A stretch of 64,000 bases of DNA from Gemmatimonadota bacterium (GCA_040389905.1 JAZJZK010000013.1:1-64000); one strand, 5' to 3'; positions 1 through 10,114 are shown, counted from the stretch's first letter. Notes: generated from the letters alone by a model not told the origin. A program made the numbers and translations.

Positions 1-50
1 TCCCTCCTGTTCCAGGAGGAATCTAACACCAAACCGTTAAGTAGACAGTA

Positions 51-245
51 TTGGGGCTAGGGCGCGGGCTCGGGCCTGCCTGCAGGCCCGGGCTTGGGAG
101 TGGGCTTGGGCTCGGAGCCATCCCGTGCCGCGACCCACGCCCATGCCCTAGCCTGACGGCAAGCCCGGGCCCATGCCCCAGCCCACGCCCGCGCCCAAGC
201 CCGCAGTTGGCTCGGGCTCTGGCTCACGCTCGGGTTGGGGCTAGC
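51..245. repeat. Palindromic intergenic repeat, family A (GGGCTN/NAGCCC hexamers, CCTGCAGG core)
   Basis: Hexamer arms are self-complementary; the 22-mer ccaagcccgcagttggctcggg (195-216) recurs exactly as reverse complement at 52665-52686. Confidence 0.75.
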
Positions 246-253
246 TTCTTGAC

Positions 254-1537
254 ATGTCATCTTTTCGCCGGGTAGCCATCGTAGCCGGGCTACGGACTCC
301 TTTCGCGAGATCGGGCACCACGCTCAAGGGCCTGTCCGCCATCGACCTCGGCAAGCGCTGTGTCGCGGAGCTCATTCAGCGCACCGAGATCGACCCCGAG
401 CTCGTCGAGGCCCTCATCTACGGAACTGTCGTGCAATCGGTCCTCGCGCCCAACATCGCGCGAGAGATTTCACTGCTGCCGATGCTTCCGAGAGGTGTCC
501 AGGCCTTCACGGTTGGACGAGCGTGCGCCTCAGCCAACCAGGCCATCACGGACGCCGCCGACCAGATCGCGCTCGGCCATCACGACGTCGTCATCGCCGG
601 CGGCGCGGAATCGTTGTCGAACGTTCCCATCCTGCATTCACGCGGCATGAGCGACGCGCTCGTTGCCGCGTCGAAGGCAAAAACGTTCGGCGGACGCGTG
701 CGCGCCCTCGCCGCGGTGCGACCGCGCGATCTCGTTCCCATCACGCCCGCGATCGCGGAACCAAGCACCGGCGAGAGCATGGGAGAGTCCGCGGAGAAGA
801 TGGCAAAGATCAACGCCATTTCACGGGAGGCGCAGGACCAGTTTGCATTGCGCTCGCATCGGCTCGCGGCGGCGGGCACTGCCGACGGCCGTCTGACCGC
901 GGAAATCGCGCCGGTCTTCGTGCCGCCCGCATTCGATGCGATGACCAGCGACAACGGCATTCGCGCGGATACGTCGATCGAGGCGCTTGCCGTTCTCAAG
1001 CCGGTGTTCGACCGAAAGTACGGCTCCGTGACGGCCGGCAACGCCTCGCCGCTCACCGACGGCGCGAGTGCGGTACTCCTCATGAGCGAAGAGCGAGCGA
1101 AGACGCTTGGCTACGAACCGCTCGCGTTCATCAGGAGCTACAGCTACGCCGCGCTCGACCCCGGTGAGCAATTGCTCATGGGACCCGTCCTGGCGGCGCC
1201 CGTCGCGCTGAAACGCGCGGGACTGAATCTCGAAGACATGGATCTCATCGAGATGCACGAGGCCTTTGCGGCGCAAGTGCTCTGCAACCTGAAGGGGTTC
1301 GAGTCGAAGGAGTGGGCGGCGCGTTCCGGATTCAGTGAGCCGCTCGGTGAGGTCGATCGCGCGAAGCTCAACGTCATGGGAGGCTCGCTCTCGATCGGGC
1401 ATCCCTTCGGTGCCACGGGCGGGCGCATTCTCACGACGCTCTGCCATGAGCTCGCGAGACGCAACGGGCAGTTCGGATTGATGACCGTCTGTGCAGCGGG
1501 TGGGATGGGTCACGCCATGGTCATCGAGAGGCGATGA
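254..1537 (+). CDS. fadI: Acetyl-CoA C-acyltransferase (thiolase), FadI type
   Basis: RACASA catalytic Cys, MHEAFAAQ, GHPFGATG, CAAGGMG; overlaps the start of fadJ. Confidence 0.92.
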   Translation: MSSFRRVAIVAGLRTPFARSGTTLKGLSAIDLGKRCVAELIQRTEIDPELVEALIYGTVVQSVLAPNIAREISLLPMLPRGVQAFTVGRACASANQAITDAADQIALGHHDVVIAGGAESLSNVPILHSRGMSDALVAASKAKTFGGRVRALAAVRPRDLVPITPAIAEPSTGESMGESAEKMAKINAISREAQDQFALRSHRLAAAGTADGRLTAEIAPVFVPPAFDAMTSDNGIRADTSIEALAVLKPVFDRKYGSVTAGNASPLTDGASAVLLMSEERAKTLGYEPLAFIRSYSYAALDPGEQLLMGPVLAAPVALKRAGLNLEDMDLIEMHEAFAAQVLCNLKGFESKEWAARSGFSEPLGEVDRAKLNVMGGSLSIGHPFGATGGRILTTLCHELARRNGQFGLMTVCAAGGMGHAMVIERR

Positions 1538-3693
1538 TGACGGCACTCCGCGTAGAACATGTGAACGGCATCGCCGTCGTGACGATCGACCTTCCCGGCG
1601 AGCCGGTGAACAAGGTGACCGCGGAGCTCCGCGCCGAGTTCGCGGCGCTCTTTCCCGTGCTCACCGAGGGTGACGCGGTGCGCGGCATCGTGATCATCAG
1701 CGGCAAGGCGGACACCTGGCTCGCGGGCGCGGACATCGACGAATTCCTGACGTTGCGCACCGCGGCGGACGGCGAGGCGCTCAGCCGTTCCGGCCAGCAG
1801 CTCCTTGCACGACTCGAAGCGATGAAGACCCCCGTGGTGGCCGCGATTCACGGTGCATGCCTGGGCGGCGGGTTGGAACTCGCGCTTGCATGCCGGTATC
1901 GCATCACGACCGATCATCCGAAGACGATCCTCGCGCTCCCCGAAGTGCAGCTCGGGCTCGTTCCTGGCGCGGGTGGAACGCAGCGCCTGCCGAGGCTCGT
2001 GGGTCTCCAACGGTCGTTGGACATGATCCTCACCAGCCGCATTGTGCGGGCGAAGAAGGCGTATCAGATGGGCCTGGTGGACGAGCTGGTGCATCCGGCG
2101 ATCCTGCGCGAGGTGGCAATCGATCGCGCGCGGAAGCTGGCGGACGGAACGCTCACGCCGGCGAGTGCGCCAAAGAACCGTGGTCCCGCCGACGCGCTCC
2201 TCGAAGACAACCCCATCGGGCGCTCGATCGTGTTCAGGAAGGCGCGCGAAGGCGTGCTCGCCAAGACACACGGCCACTATCCGGCGCCCCTTGCCGCGCT
2301 CTCGGCCGTGCAGATCGGCTATGACAAGGGAAGTGACGCCGGCTATCGCGAGGAAGCACGCGCTTTCGGGGAGATGACGGTTTCGGATGTCTCGAAGCAA
2401 TTGGTCTTTCTGTTCTTTGCAACGACGGCCTTGAAGAAGGACTCCGGCGTCGCCGCCCCCGCTCCCGCGCCGGCGAACATTTCCACACTCGGCGTCATCG
2501 GCGCTGGGTTCATGGGAGCGGGGATTGCGTCCGTCGCAGCGCTCGAGGGCACCTCGACGCGCCTCAAGGACACCGATGTCGCACGTGTGGCGCATGGCAT
2601 CGCCGCCGTGAGCGACGTCCTCAAGGAACGGCTGAAGAAGAAGCAGATCACCCGCACCCAGTACGACGATCAACTGGCGCTGGTTGGCGGGACGACAACG
2701 TGGGCCGGTTTCGGCCGAGCGGATCTCGTTGTCGAGGCGGTGTTCGAGGACCTTCCGCTCAAGCAGCGCGTCCTTCGCGAGTTCGAGCCACTGCTTGACG
2801 AGTCTGCGGTCTACGCATCCAACACGAGCACCATTCCCATTGCTCGCATTGCCGAGGCCGCGCAGCGACCGGGACGCGTACTTGGCATGCACTTCTTCTC
2901 GCCCGTGCACAAGATGCCCTTGCTGGAGGTCATCGTGACGCCGGCGACGGAGAAGAGTGCGACCGTCACCGCTGTGGCCTATGGCAAGCGAATGGGCAAG
3001 ACGGTGATCGTCGTCAACGACGCGCCGGGTTTCTACACGACGCGCGCGTTGTCCGCCTACCTGAACGAGGCGGGGCGGCTGCTCGACGAAGGCGCGAAGA
3101 TCGAATCGATCGACAAGGCGCTCGTCGACTTCGGTTTTCCGGTTGGTCCGATCACCTTGCTGGATGAGGTCGGCATCGACGTCGGCGGAAAGGTGGGGAA
3201 GACATTGCTCGACGCCTTTGGCGCGCGGATGTCGCCGAGCGAGTCGCTGCACCGCGTGGTGGACTCAGGTCGAACGGGTCGCAAGGGCAGGCTGGGGTTC
3301 TACATGTACGATGCCGTCGGAAAGAAGGGTGAGGTGGACCCATCCGTGTACGGCCTGCTCCCGCATGGTTCACAGCGTCGCGACATCGAGGCGGCGGAAA
3401 TCCGGCAGCGGTGTGTGCTGGCCATGGTGAACGAGGCTGTGCGGTGTCTAGAAGAGGGGGTACTTCGTTCGGCGCGGGACGGCGATGTCGGATCGGTGTT
3501 CGGGATCGGTTTTCCTCCATTTCTCGGTGGGCCGTTCCGATATATCGACAGCAAGGGCGCGGAGGTTGTGCTCAGCGAGCTCGAGGAGTTGAACGGTCGT
3601 TTTCCGGGCCGATTTGCGCCGGCGGGCCTTTTGGTGGATCATGTGAAGGGCAGAAGGCGTTTCTATCCGGCCGACGGAGCGTCTCTCCCGTAG
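1534..3693 (+). CDS. fadJ: Fatty acid oxidation complex alpha subunit (enoyl-CoA hydratase/3-hydroxyacyl-CoA dehydrogenase)
   Basis: GACLGGGLE, PEVQLG, GAGFMG Rossmann motif, GMHFFSPV. Confidence 0.92.
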   Translation: MMTALRVEHVNGIAVVTIDLPGEPVNKVTAELRAEFAALFPVLTEGDAVRGIVIISGKADTWLAGADIDEFLTLRTAADGEALSRSGQQLLARLEAMKTPVVAAIHGACLGGGLELALACRYRITTDHPKTILALPEVQLGLVPGAGGTQRLPRLVGLQRSLDMILTSRIVRAKKAYQMGLVDELVHPAILREVAIDRARKLADGTLTPASAPKNRGPADALLEDNPIGRSIVFRKAREGVLAKTHGHYPAPLAALSAVQIGYDKGSDAGYREEARAFGEMTVSDVSKQLVFLFFATTALKKDSGVAAPAPAPANISTLGVIGAGFMGAGIASVAALEGTSTRLKDTDVARVAHGIAAVSDVLKERLKKKQITRTQYDDQLALVGGTTTWAGFGRADLVVEAVFEDLPLKQRVLREFEPLLDESAVYASNTSTIPIARIAEAAQRPGRVLGMHFFSPVHKMPLLEVIVTPATEKSATVTAVAYGKRMGKTVIVVNDAPGFYTTRALSAYLNEAGRLLDEGAKIESIDKALVDFGFPVGPITLLDEVGIDVGGKVGKTLLDAFGARMSPSESLHRVVDSGRTGRKGRLGFYMYDAVGKKGEVDPSVYGLLPHGSQRRDIEAAEIRQRCVLAMVNEAVRCLEEGVLRSARDGDVGSVFGIGFPPFLGGPFRYIDSKGAEVVLSELEELNGRFPGRFAPAGLLVDHVKGRRRFYPADGASLP

Positions 3694-3730
3694 ATTGTGG
3701 AACGCTGAAAAACTGTGACCGTAGGTGTGA

Positions 3731-4291
3731 ATGTTGGGTCTTGCCGGTATGGAGAGCTCTGATGCGGAGCTCGTTACGCGGGTGTTGCACGGCGATGTGA
3801 ACGCGTACGGTGCATTGGTTTCGCGGTATCGGGACCGATATGCTCGCTATGCGGTACATATGCTGGGCAACCGGGAGGATGCGGAGGAGGCATTGCAGGA
3901 CGCCTTCACGCGCGCCTACCGGTCGTTGGCGAGGTGTGAGGAGCCGGAGCGTTTTGGTGCGTGGCTTTTCAGGATTCTCGTCAACCGCTGCCGAACGAGC
4001 GGGGCACGGCGCGTGCGTCGTGGCCAGACGTTCGTGCACGATGAAGGCGCGCTGCTGAATGCTTCCGAGGAGCATCCCGCGGAGCAGACAATGTGGCGTG
4101 AGGAAATCGAGCGAGCCGTTGGCGAGCTCAGCGCGGATCAGCGTGAAGCGTTTCTCCTGAAGTATGTCGAGGAATTGGGGTACGACGAGATGTCGGAGAT
4201 CACCGGAGTCGGTGTCTCGGCGCTCAAAATGCGTGTGATGCGCGCCTGTGATCGGTTGCGAATCCTGCTGAAAGAGGTTCACAGTGGCTGA
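3731..4291 (+). CDS. ECF RNA polymerase sigma factor
   Basis: Region 2 DAEEALQDAF/FGAWLFRI and region 4 YDEMSEITG..ALKMRVMRA; start may be 3749. Confidence 0.9.
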   Translation: MLGLAGMESSDAELVTRVLHGDVNAYGALVSRYRDRYARYAVHMLGNREDAEEALQDAFTRAYRSLARCEEPERFGAWLFRILVNRCRTSGARRVRRGQTFVHDEGALLNASEEHPAEQTMWREEIERAVGELSADQREAFLLKYVEELGYDEMSEITGVGVSALKMRVMRACDRLRILLKEVHSG

Positions 4292-4835
4292 GTGGGGAAG
4301 GACGACGCTCGAGATGTTCGTCGAGGAATTGCAGCGGCCCGTTCGGCTCGATGAGTCGTTCGATCGCCGCGTGATGGTTAAGGTGCGCCGGCTCTATGCC
4401 GCGCAGCGCCCGCGTGGTGTGCGCGCCGTGTTCGCGGCGATCGCCGGCGTATCGCGTCGTCCCGCCTGGGCCGCGGCGCTTGCCGCGAGTGTCGTCGCCG
4501 TCGCCAGTGTGGGAATCTTCCGCGCTCGGGCTCTCCAACCGAATGCGGGCGCGACGCGGTTGGAGCCGGTGACGTTCGTGTACGTCAACAAGACCGCGCG
4601 TAGCGTATCGGTCGTTGGTGATTTCAATAACTGGGGAGTGGGCGACACCGCCCTCGTCGCGACGAACCACCAGGGCGTATGGAGCGTCAAAGCGCCTGTG
4701 GCCACCGGATTGCACCGGTACGCCTTCGTCGTCGATGGGAAGGAATGGGTTGCCGATCCATCAGCGTTACGCGCCCCGAGTGATGACTTTGGCCTACCAA
4801 GCAGCATGCTGGTCGTGGAGGACGCAAGCAAGTGA
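4284..4835 (+). CDS. Putative membrane anti-sigma factor with C-terminal CBM48/AMPK-beta-like glycogen-binding domain
   Basis: Overlaps the sigma gene; one hydrophobic segment; VSVVGDFNNW...GVWSV...HRYAFVVDGKEWVADP motif. Confidence 0.8.
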   Translation: MAEWGRTTLEMFVEELQRPVRLDESFDRRVMVKVRRLYAAQRPRGVRAVFAAIAGVSRRPAWAAALAASVVAVASVGIFRARALQPNAGATRLEPVTFVYVNKTARSVSVVGDFNNWGVGDTALVATNHQGVWSVKAPVATGLHRYAFVVDGKEWVADPSALRAPSDDFGLPSSMLVVEDASK

Positions 4836-5473
4836 GCAATCGCAAGATGCGCGGGATGATGGTGGTGATGGCGTTGGCCGGTTCGACAGTCGCGAGTGCA
4901 AACGCGCAAGATCCGCGAATGCCGCTCAAGATCGACGCGCCCAGCCGGGCCGCCATTCAGGCCATCCTTGATTCGGCGGCGGCGCAGGGGCTTCCCGAGG
5001 CACCACTGCGGGAAAAATTCCTGGAAGGCTACAGCCGCGGCATCGAAGGTCCGAAGATCGTCGCGGTGGTGCGCGCGCTCGCCGTCGACATGGCGATTGC
5101 ACACCGACAGCTTGGTGCATTGGCGAGCTCCGATGAGATCAAAGCGGCCGCGTCGGCGGTTCATGCCGGCGTCCCCGCGGTGGAGCTCGGGAAGATCAAG
5201 AAGCAGGGCGGTCTGCGTCACTCGCTCACGTTGCCCTTCACCGTCCTCACCGACATCGTCACGCGCGGCGTGCCGGTGGGTGCTGCAGTCAATGCCGTGA
5301 AGTCGATGGTCGGCGCCGGGGCGAAGGACAAGGAAATCACCGATTTCCAGCGCGGTGTGGCGGGCGACATCGACAAGGGTGCACCACCCGAAGCGGCCGC
5401 CGAGACTCGCGCCAAGAGCGCAACACCGGAGAAGAAGCCCGAGAAGCCAGAGGGAAGTCAGATCGACGGGTGA
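4832..5473 (+). CDS. Hypothetical secreted helical protein
   Basis: Signal-peptide-like N-terminus (ASANA-Q); GTGA overlap with the upstream gene. Confidence 0.75.
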   Translation: MSNRKMRGMMVVMALAGSTVASANAQDPRMPLKIDAPSRAAIQAILDSAAAQGLPEAPLREKFLEGYSRGIEGPKIVAVVRALAVDMAIAHRQLGALASSDEIKAAASAVHAGVPAVELGKIKKQGGLRHSLTLPFTVLTDIVTRGVPVGAAVNAVKSMVGAGAKDKEITDFQRGVAGDIDKGAPPEAAAETRAKSATPEKKPEKPEGSQIDG

Positions 5474-5602
5474 GACGATCTCACCGCCAATGATGGGAAC
5501 GTGAGGGCTGGCGCTGTTTGCGCTGGCCCTTCCGCATTTGGGGAGTGCTACATTTCTTCTCTTGCTCTGAGCCGATTGTCGTCCGCTGCTTTTCCGGGAT
5601 TC

Positions 5603-6538
5603 ATGCTTCGTAACACGCTGCTCTACCTTTCGAATCAGCCGAGAATCTTCAAGTTCGTACGCAACAACCGGCTCGCGAAGAATTTCGCCAGTCGCTTCGT
5701 TGCGGGGGAGACGGTGGACGAGGCCCTCACCGCCGCGCGCGAGCTCAACGCGAAAGGCATTACCGCATCGCTCGATCTGCTCGGCGAAAGCGTCTATACC
5801 GAGAAGGAAGCCCGGTCCGCGCGCGACGAGTACCTGCATCTCCTCGATCGGATTCACGACGCGAGGCTCCAGGCCAACGTCTCGGTGAAGCTGACCGCGA
5901 TGGGCCTCGACATCGATCAGGAGCTGTGCGTCTCCATCATGCAGGACATCCTCGGCCGCGCCCAGACGTACGAGACCTTCGTGCGATTGGACATGGAGTC
6001 GAGCGCGTACACCGATGTGACGCTCAAGATGTTCGAGGACCGCCTCTACCCCATGTATAAGGCGAACGTCGGTGTCGTCCTCCAGAGCTGCCTCTATCGC
6101 ACCTTCGCGGATGTCGAGCACATGGATGCGCTGCGTGCCCGCGTGCGCATCTGCAAAGGCGCATACAAGGAACCGCCCTCGGTCGCGTACCCCAACAAGA
6201 AGGACGTCGACGCGAACTACGTGAAGTGCATGCACGAGTTGATGCTCAAGGGCAACTATCCGGGCATCGCCACACACGATCCGGCGATCATCGCAGACGC
6301 AAAGCGATGGGCGAAGGAGCAGGCCATCGGCAACGATCGTTTCGAGTTCCAGATGCTCTACGGCGTCCGGCGCGATCTCCAGGAGAGTCTCGTGAAGGAA
6401 GGCTACCGCGTTCGCTGCTACGTACCGTTCGGCACGCAGTGGTATCCCTACTTGATGCGCCGGCTCGCAGAACGCCCCGCCAACGTCGCCTTCATTACGG
6501 GCAACGTGATCAAAGAGGCGCTACACGGCCGCAAGTAG
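5603..6538 (+). CDS. Monofunctional proline dehydrogenase
   Basis: RFVAGET, SVKLT, RLDME, RICKGAY, ATHD, EFQMLYG, YLMRRLAERPAN. Confidence 0.92.
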   Translation: MLRNTLLYLSNQPRIFKFVRNNRLAKNFASRFVAGETVDEALTAARELNAKGITASLDLLGESVYTEKEARSARDEYLHLLDRIHDARLQANVSVKLTAMGLDIDQELCVSIMQDILGRAQTYETFVRLDMESSAYTDVTLKMFEDRLYPMYKANVGVVLQSCLYRTFADVEHMDALRARVRICKGAYKEPPSVAYPNKKDVDANYVKCMHELMLKGNYPGIATHDPAIIADAKRWAKEQAIGNDRFEFQMLYGVRRDLQESLVKEGYRVRCYVPFGTQWYPYLMRRLAERPANVAFITGNVIKEALHGRK

Positions 6539-6548
6539 CGGACGGGCC

Positions 6549-6956
6549 ATGCCAGGCCAGCATCTACCTGCGGACCACTCCCGAGGCGACGCCAACACTA
6601 TCGGTGGTTACGCCGCCGTGCACGGCAGGCCCGCTGCGTTCGAGGGGAGCGACGGGCTGTCCTATAGCGTCGAAATCGAGACGTCACCCACCGGCGATGC
6701 CGAGTTGCCGTGGGGAGCGTTTCTCCTGTTCGTTCGTTGGGGACGCATCGGAGGTACCTCACCGACCGGGCACCTCGAATCGGAATTCCTTGCCGAGGCG
6801 GATACCGAGGACGACGCGCGCGCGTTGGTTGGTGCACTGTCACTCGCTCAAGTTCGCGGATTGCTGCACGAGCTCATCGAGCGGCAGGCAGAAGGCAAGC
6901 CCACTCGGAAGTGGTTCGACGCCATGCGCGACGCCGACGAAGCGAGCGACGCGTGA
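6549..6956 (+). CDS. Hypothetical protein
   Basis: Fills the gap between proline dehydrogenase and rsgA with operon-like spacing; natural composition. Confidence 0.7.
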   Translation: MPGQHLPADHSRGDANTIGGYAAVHGRPAAFEGSDGLSYSVEIETSPTGDAELPWGAFLLFVRWGRIGGTSPTGHLESEFLAEADTEDDARALVGALSLAQVRGLLHELIERQAEGKPTRKWFDAMRDADEASDA

Positions 6957-7948
6957 CGGACCCGGGAGCACCAATGCAGGGCGTCGTACTCAGTGGCACT
7001 GGCGGCGTGTGGCGTGTGCGTCGCGATGACGGAGTCACGGTCGAATCGTCGCTGCGGGGCCGTGTGAAGAAGAGCAATTCCGGAAAACGCCCCGACGGAT
7101 CGTTGCGGCGTGATACGATTTCGGCGGCTGCGGATACGCTGAAGCTCACCATCGGCGACCGCGTCGTATTGGATCAGGAAGAGTCCGGGGCGTCGGCGAT
7201 CTCGGAGATACTGCCGCGCCGCTCCCGGCTGGCACGTCGGGCCCCCGGTGGCGGTCAGGGCGAACGCATCGTTGCCGCGAATGTCGATCAGGTGGTGGTC
7301 GTCTTTGCGGCAGCGAATCCGGAGCCGCATCCACGCATGCTCGACCGCTTCCTCGTCATCGCCGAGGCGAACGATCTCGCCGCGAGGATCGTGATCAACA
7401 AGGTGGAACTGGTCGGCGGCGTGGACGCCGCGCGGGAGCGATGGGCCGACTACGAGCGCGCGGGCTATGCCATGCACTACACGAGCGTGAAGAAGCGAGA
7501 AGGGCTGGACGCGCTTCACGACTCGCTTGCCGGGGTCGTGAGTGTACTGACCGGCCCGTCAGGAGTTGGAAAGTCGTCGCTGCTGAACGCGATGTTCCCG
7601 GGGCTCGAGCTGCGGGTCGGTGAAATCAGCGAGTCGGTCAACAAGGGACGACATACGACCGTCGGCGGCTATTTGCACCCGTTGCCTGGACCGGGCGGAG
7701 GCTATGTGGCGGACACACCAGGGCTGCGCGAAGTCGGCATGTGGGCGCTGTCGCCTACGGAGCTCGACATGTGCTTCCCGGAGCTGCGGCCCTTCCTGAA
7801 TGCGTGCCGGTTTGCGGACTGTCGGCATAGCGTGGAGCCAGGTTGCGCCGTGCGCGACGCTGTGGCGCGGGGTGAAGTGAGCGCGGCGCGATACGAGAGC
7901 TTCATCAAGTTGCGGGAAGAGCTCGAAGGAGTGAAGCCAGCTCGATAA
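6953..7948 (+). CDS. rsgA: Ribosome small subunit-dependent GTPase A
   Basis: AANVDQ, NKVE, GPSGVGKSS, GRHTT, DTPG, C-terminal CRFADCRHSVEPGC zinc motif; start GTG 6953 or ATG 6974. Confidence 0.92.
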   Translation: MTDPGAPMQGVVLSGTGGVWRVRRDDGVTVESSLRGRVKKSNSGKRPDGSLRRDTISAAADTLKLTIGDRVVLDQEESGASAISEILPRRSRLARRAPGGGQGERIVAANVDQVVVVFAAANPEPHPRMLDRFLVIAEANDLAARIVINKVELVGGVDAARERWADYERAGYAMHYTSVKKREGLDALHDSLAGVVSVLTGPSGVGKSSLLNAMFPGLELRVGEISESVNKGRHTTVGGYLHPLPGPGGGYVADTPGLREVGMWALSPTELDMCFPELRPFLNACRFADCRHSVEPGCAVRDAVARGEVSAARYESFIKLREELEGVKPAR

Positions 7949-7974
7949 GGTCCGGGCGTTTTAGGCGGCAGCGT

Positions 7975-8255
7975 AAGGATGGGGGCGCGGGTTCGGGCCC
8001 GGGCTAACCGCTGGCCGGGGCGCGGGCTGGGGCCAGGGCTTGGGAATGGGCCTACCTGCAGGCTCGGGCGTGGGCTCGGGCGTGAGCCTGAGCGTGGGTA
8101 GCCCGAGCCCCAGCCCGCGCTCCTTGCCCCTGCCTGCAGGCAAGCCCGGGCCCGGGCCCCAGCCCAAGCCCGCGCCCCAGCCCGCGGTTGGCCCGAGCCA
8201 AAGCCCCCGCCTCAATCCGAACATGGATGCTTGGGCCCGAGCCCGGGCCCGGAAC
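7975..8255. repeat. Palindromic intergenic repeat, family A
   Basis: GGGCTN/NAGCCC arms, two CCTGCAGG, agcccgcggttggcccgagcc motif. Confidence 0.75.
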
Positions 8256-8308
8256 CATTGCCGAGTTGGGCCGTATCAGGCGTACCCCACCGAAAAGCCG
8301 AGCCCACA

Positions 8309-9277
8309 ATGCAGATTGCTCCGTTCGTCATCGCGTTCGCATTTATCGGCTCGAACGTCAGTGCGCAGCAGCCGTCTCTCGTTCATGCAAAGCAGCTCCT
8401 CGACAAGCGAGAGCTCGACGCCGCGAAGGCGGAGTACACGGCGCTCGCGCGGATGCTACCCAATGATGTCACGCCTTCGCTGCAACTCGGCAGGATCGCG
8501 ATGTCGCAGAACGAGACCGAGGAGGCGATCAAGCAATTCGAACAGTGCGCGAAGATCGACGACACGAACGCCGACTGCCACGCGTGGCTCGGCAATGCGC
8601 TCGGCAACGCGGCCATGCGGGCGAACAAGTTCAAGCTCCCATTCCTCGCCAAGCGAACGAAGAAAGAATTCGACCGCGCCGTCGAGCTCGACCCGGGCAA
8701 CATCGAGGGAAGGATGGGCGAGCTCCAGTACTACCTGAATGCTCCCGGTTTCCTTGGCGGTAGCGTCGAGAAGGCGCGCGAGCAGGCGGCCGAGATCGAG
8801 AAGCACAACAAGATGCGCGCGGCACTGGCGTACGCCGTCATTGCGGAAAAAGACAAGAAGACGACCGAGGCCGAGGCAGCGTACCTGCGCGCCGTGTCCG
8901 TGGCGCCAGACAGCGTGAACGGATACAACGGCCTGGTGAATCTCTACGTTCGCGAGAAGCGCTGGAGCGATGCGTTTGCGATCCTCGATCGCGTGACGGC
9001 CCGCATACCGACGGAGCTGAATATCCCGCTGGCGGTAGCGCGAGTGGCATACCTCAGCGGCGAGCAGTTGCCTCGTGGCGAGGCGGCCGCGAAGGGCTGG
9101 CTCGCGAATCCGCCAAAGGACGCGAGCATCGGGTCGAAGACCTCTGCCCACATCCGGCTCGGCAACATCTATGAGAAGACGGGCAGAAAGGAACTCGCGC
9201 GCGCGGAGTACGAGAGGGCGCTGAGCGTGAATCCGAAGTCAGAGGACGCGAAGAAGGCCCTCGAGAACGTGAGATAG
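8309..9277 (+). CDS. Secreted tetratricopeptide repeat protein
   Basis: Signal peptide (VSA-QQ) and several TPR-like helices. Confidence 0.82.
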   Translation: MQIAPFVIAFAFIGSNVSAQQPSLVHAKQLLDKRELDAAKAEYTALARMLPNDVTPSLQLGRIAMSQNETEEAIKQFEQCAKIDDTNADCHAWLGNALGNAAMRANKFKLPFLAKRTKKEFDRAVELDPGNIEGRMGELQYYLNAPGFLGGSVEKAREQAAEIEKHNKMRAALAYAVIAEKDKKTTEAEAAYLRAVSVAPDSVNGYNGLVNLYVREKRWSDAFAILDRVTARIPTELNIPLAVARVAYLSGEQLPRGEAAAKGWLANPPKDASIGSKTSAHIRLGNIYEKTGRKELARAEYERALSVNPKSEDAKKALENVR

Positions 9278-9283
9278 CGAGAG

Positions 9284-10114
9284 CTACCAGCTCCCTCGCT
9301 CGCCAGCGACTTCGATCACCTTGCCGATGCGGTCCGCGGCATGCCGCCAGTTCGTCTGGACGGCGTGCTGCGCCGCATCCGCTTCGCCGGAGTCGATCGC
9401 ATCGATGATGGCGTCATGTTCGGCGACGGATGCCTTGATGTCGCTCGTCAGCATGCTGATATACATGCGGATATAGCGTTCCGCCTGGGGCTTCACGCTG
9501 TCGTGCATGGCGATGAGCCGCGGGCCGGCACACGCCTCGACGATCTTGCGATGGAGCCGCTCGTCGGCCTCGTAGAGACGTCCGTGGTCGATCGGCGCTG
9601 CTCGCCCAGTCTTGTAGAACTCGGCGTTGAGTCCCTTGAGCTCCTTGGTGAGCGCGCGGCGTTCAGTCACCGGCAGGCCAGCGGCCCACCGTGCACCCAG
9701 CCCCTCGAGTTCGCCGACGATGTTGAGCAGCTCATGCACATCGGCGTGGGTGAGCGGCGCGACTGTCAGGCGGGCCTGCTGGGCGCCGGGGGCGCCCACG
9801 ACGAACCCTTCCTGCTGGAGACGCTGCAGCGCTTCACGCACAGGCGTACGGCTCACGCCGAGTCGGGCGGCGACTTCGGTTTCGACGACGCGGCTTCCCG
9901 GAGCGAGCAACCCCTGGACGATGAGGTCGCGAAGCCGCTGATACACCTGCTCGGGACGCGAGCCATGCGGCGCATCGGAAGCAGAATCGTCAACCGGGCG
10001 CGCACCGCGTGCTCCGCGTATGAGCGCAGAACGAGAGTTGGCAGGCGTGCGACGGGCGGGCATTGGCGATCGGGGTAAGCGTTGTGGGTCAAATATAGGC
10101 GAATTGCTCGACAT
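9284..10114 (-). CDS. GntR/FCD family transcriptional regulator
   Basis: VYQRLRDLI..LAPGSRV..LGVSRTPVREAL HTH plus FCD-like C-terminus; start uncertain. Confidence 0.88.
   Translation of the reverse strand: MSSNSPIFDPQRLPRSPMPARRTPANSRSALIRGARGARPVDDSASDAPHGSRPEQVYQRLRDLIVQGLLAPGSRVVETEVAARLGVSRTPVREALQRLQQEGFVVGAPGAQQARLTVAPLTHADVHELLNIVGELEGLGARWAAGLPVTERRALTKELKGLNAEFYKTGRAAPIDHGRLYEADERLHRKIVEACAGPRLIAMHDSVKPQAERYIRMYISMLTSDIKASVAEHDAIIDAIDSGEADAAQHAVQTNWRHAADRIGKVIEVAGERGSW

Noticed and set aside
4394..6277. 627-aa - strand ORF (likewise 1510-3252, 10544-11971, 57937-59460, 34394-36166)
   Set aside because: Antisense shadows of well-supported genes
7060..7145. ~20-aa insertion in the RsgA OB-fold
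   Set aside because: Probably a variable surface loop; no intein or mobile-element features
7961..8309. Gly/Pro-rich ORFs here and at 51-275 and 52695-52946
   Set aside because: They are translations of the family A hexamer palindromes, not credible proteins
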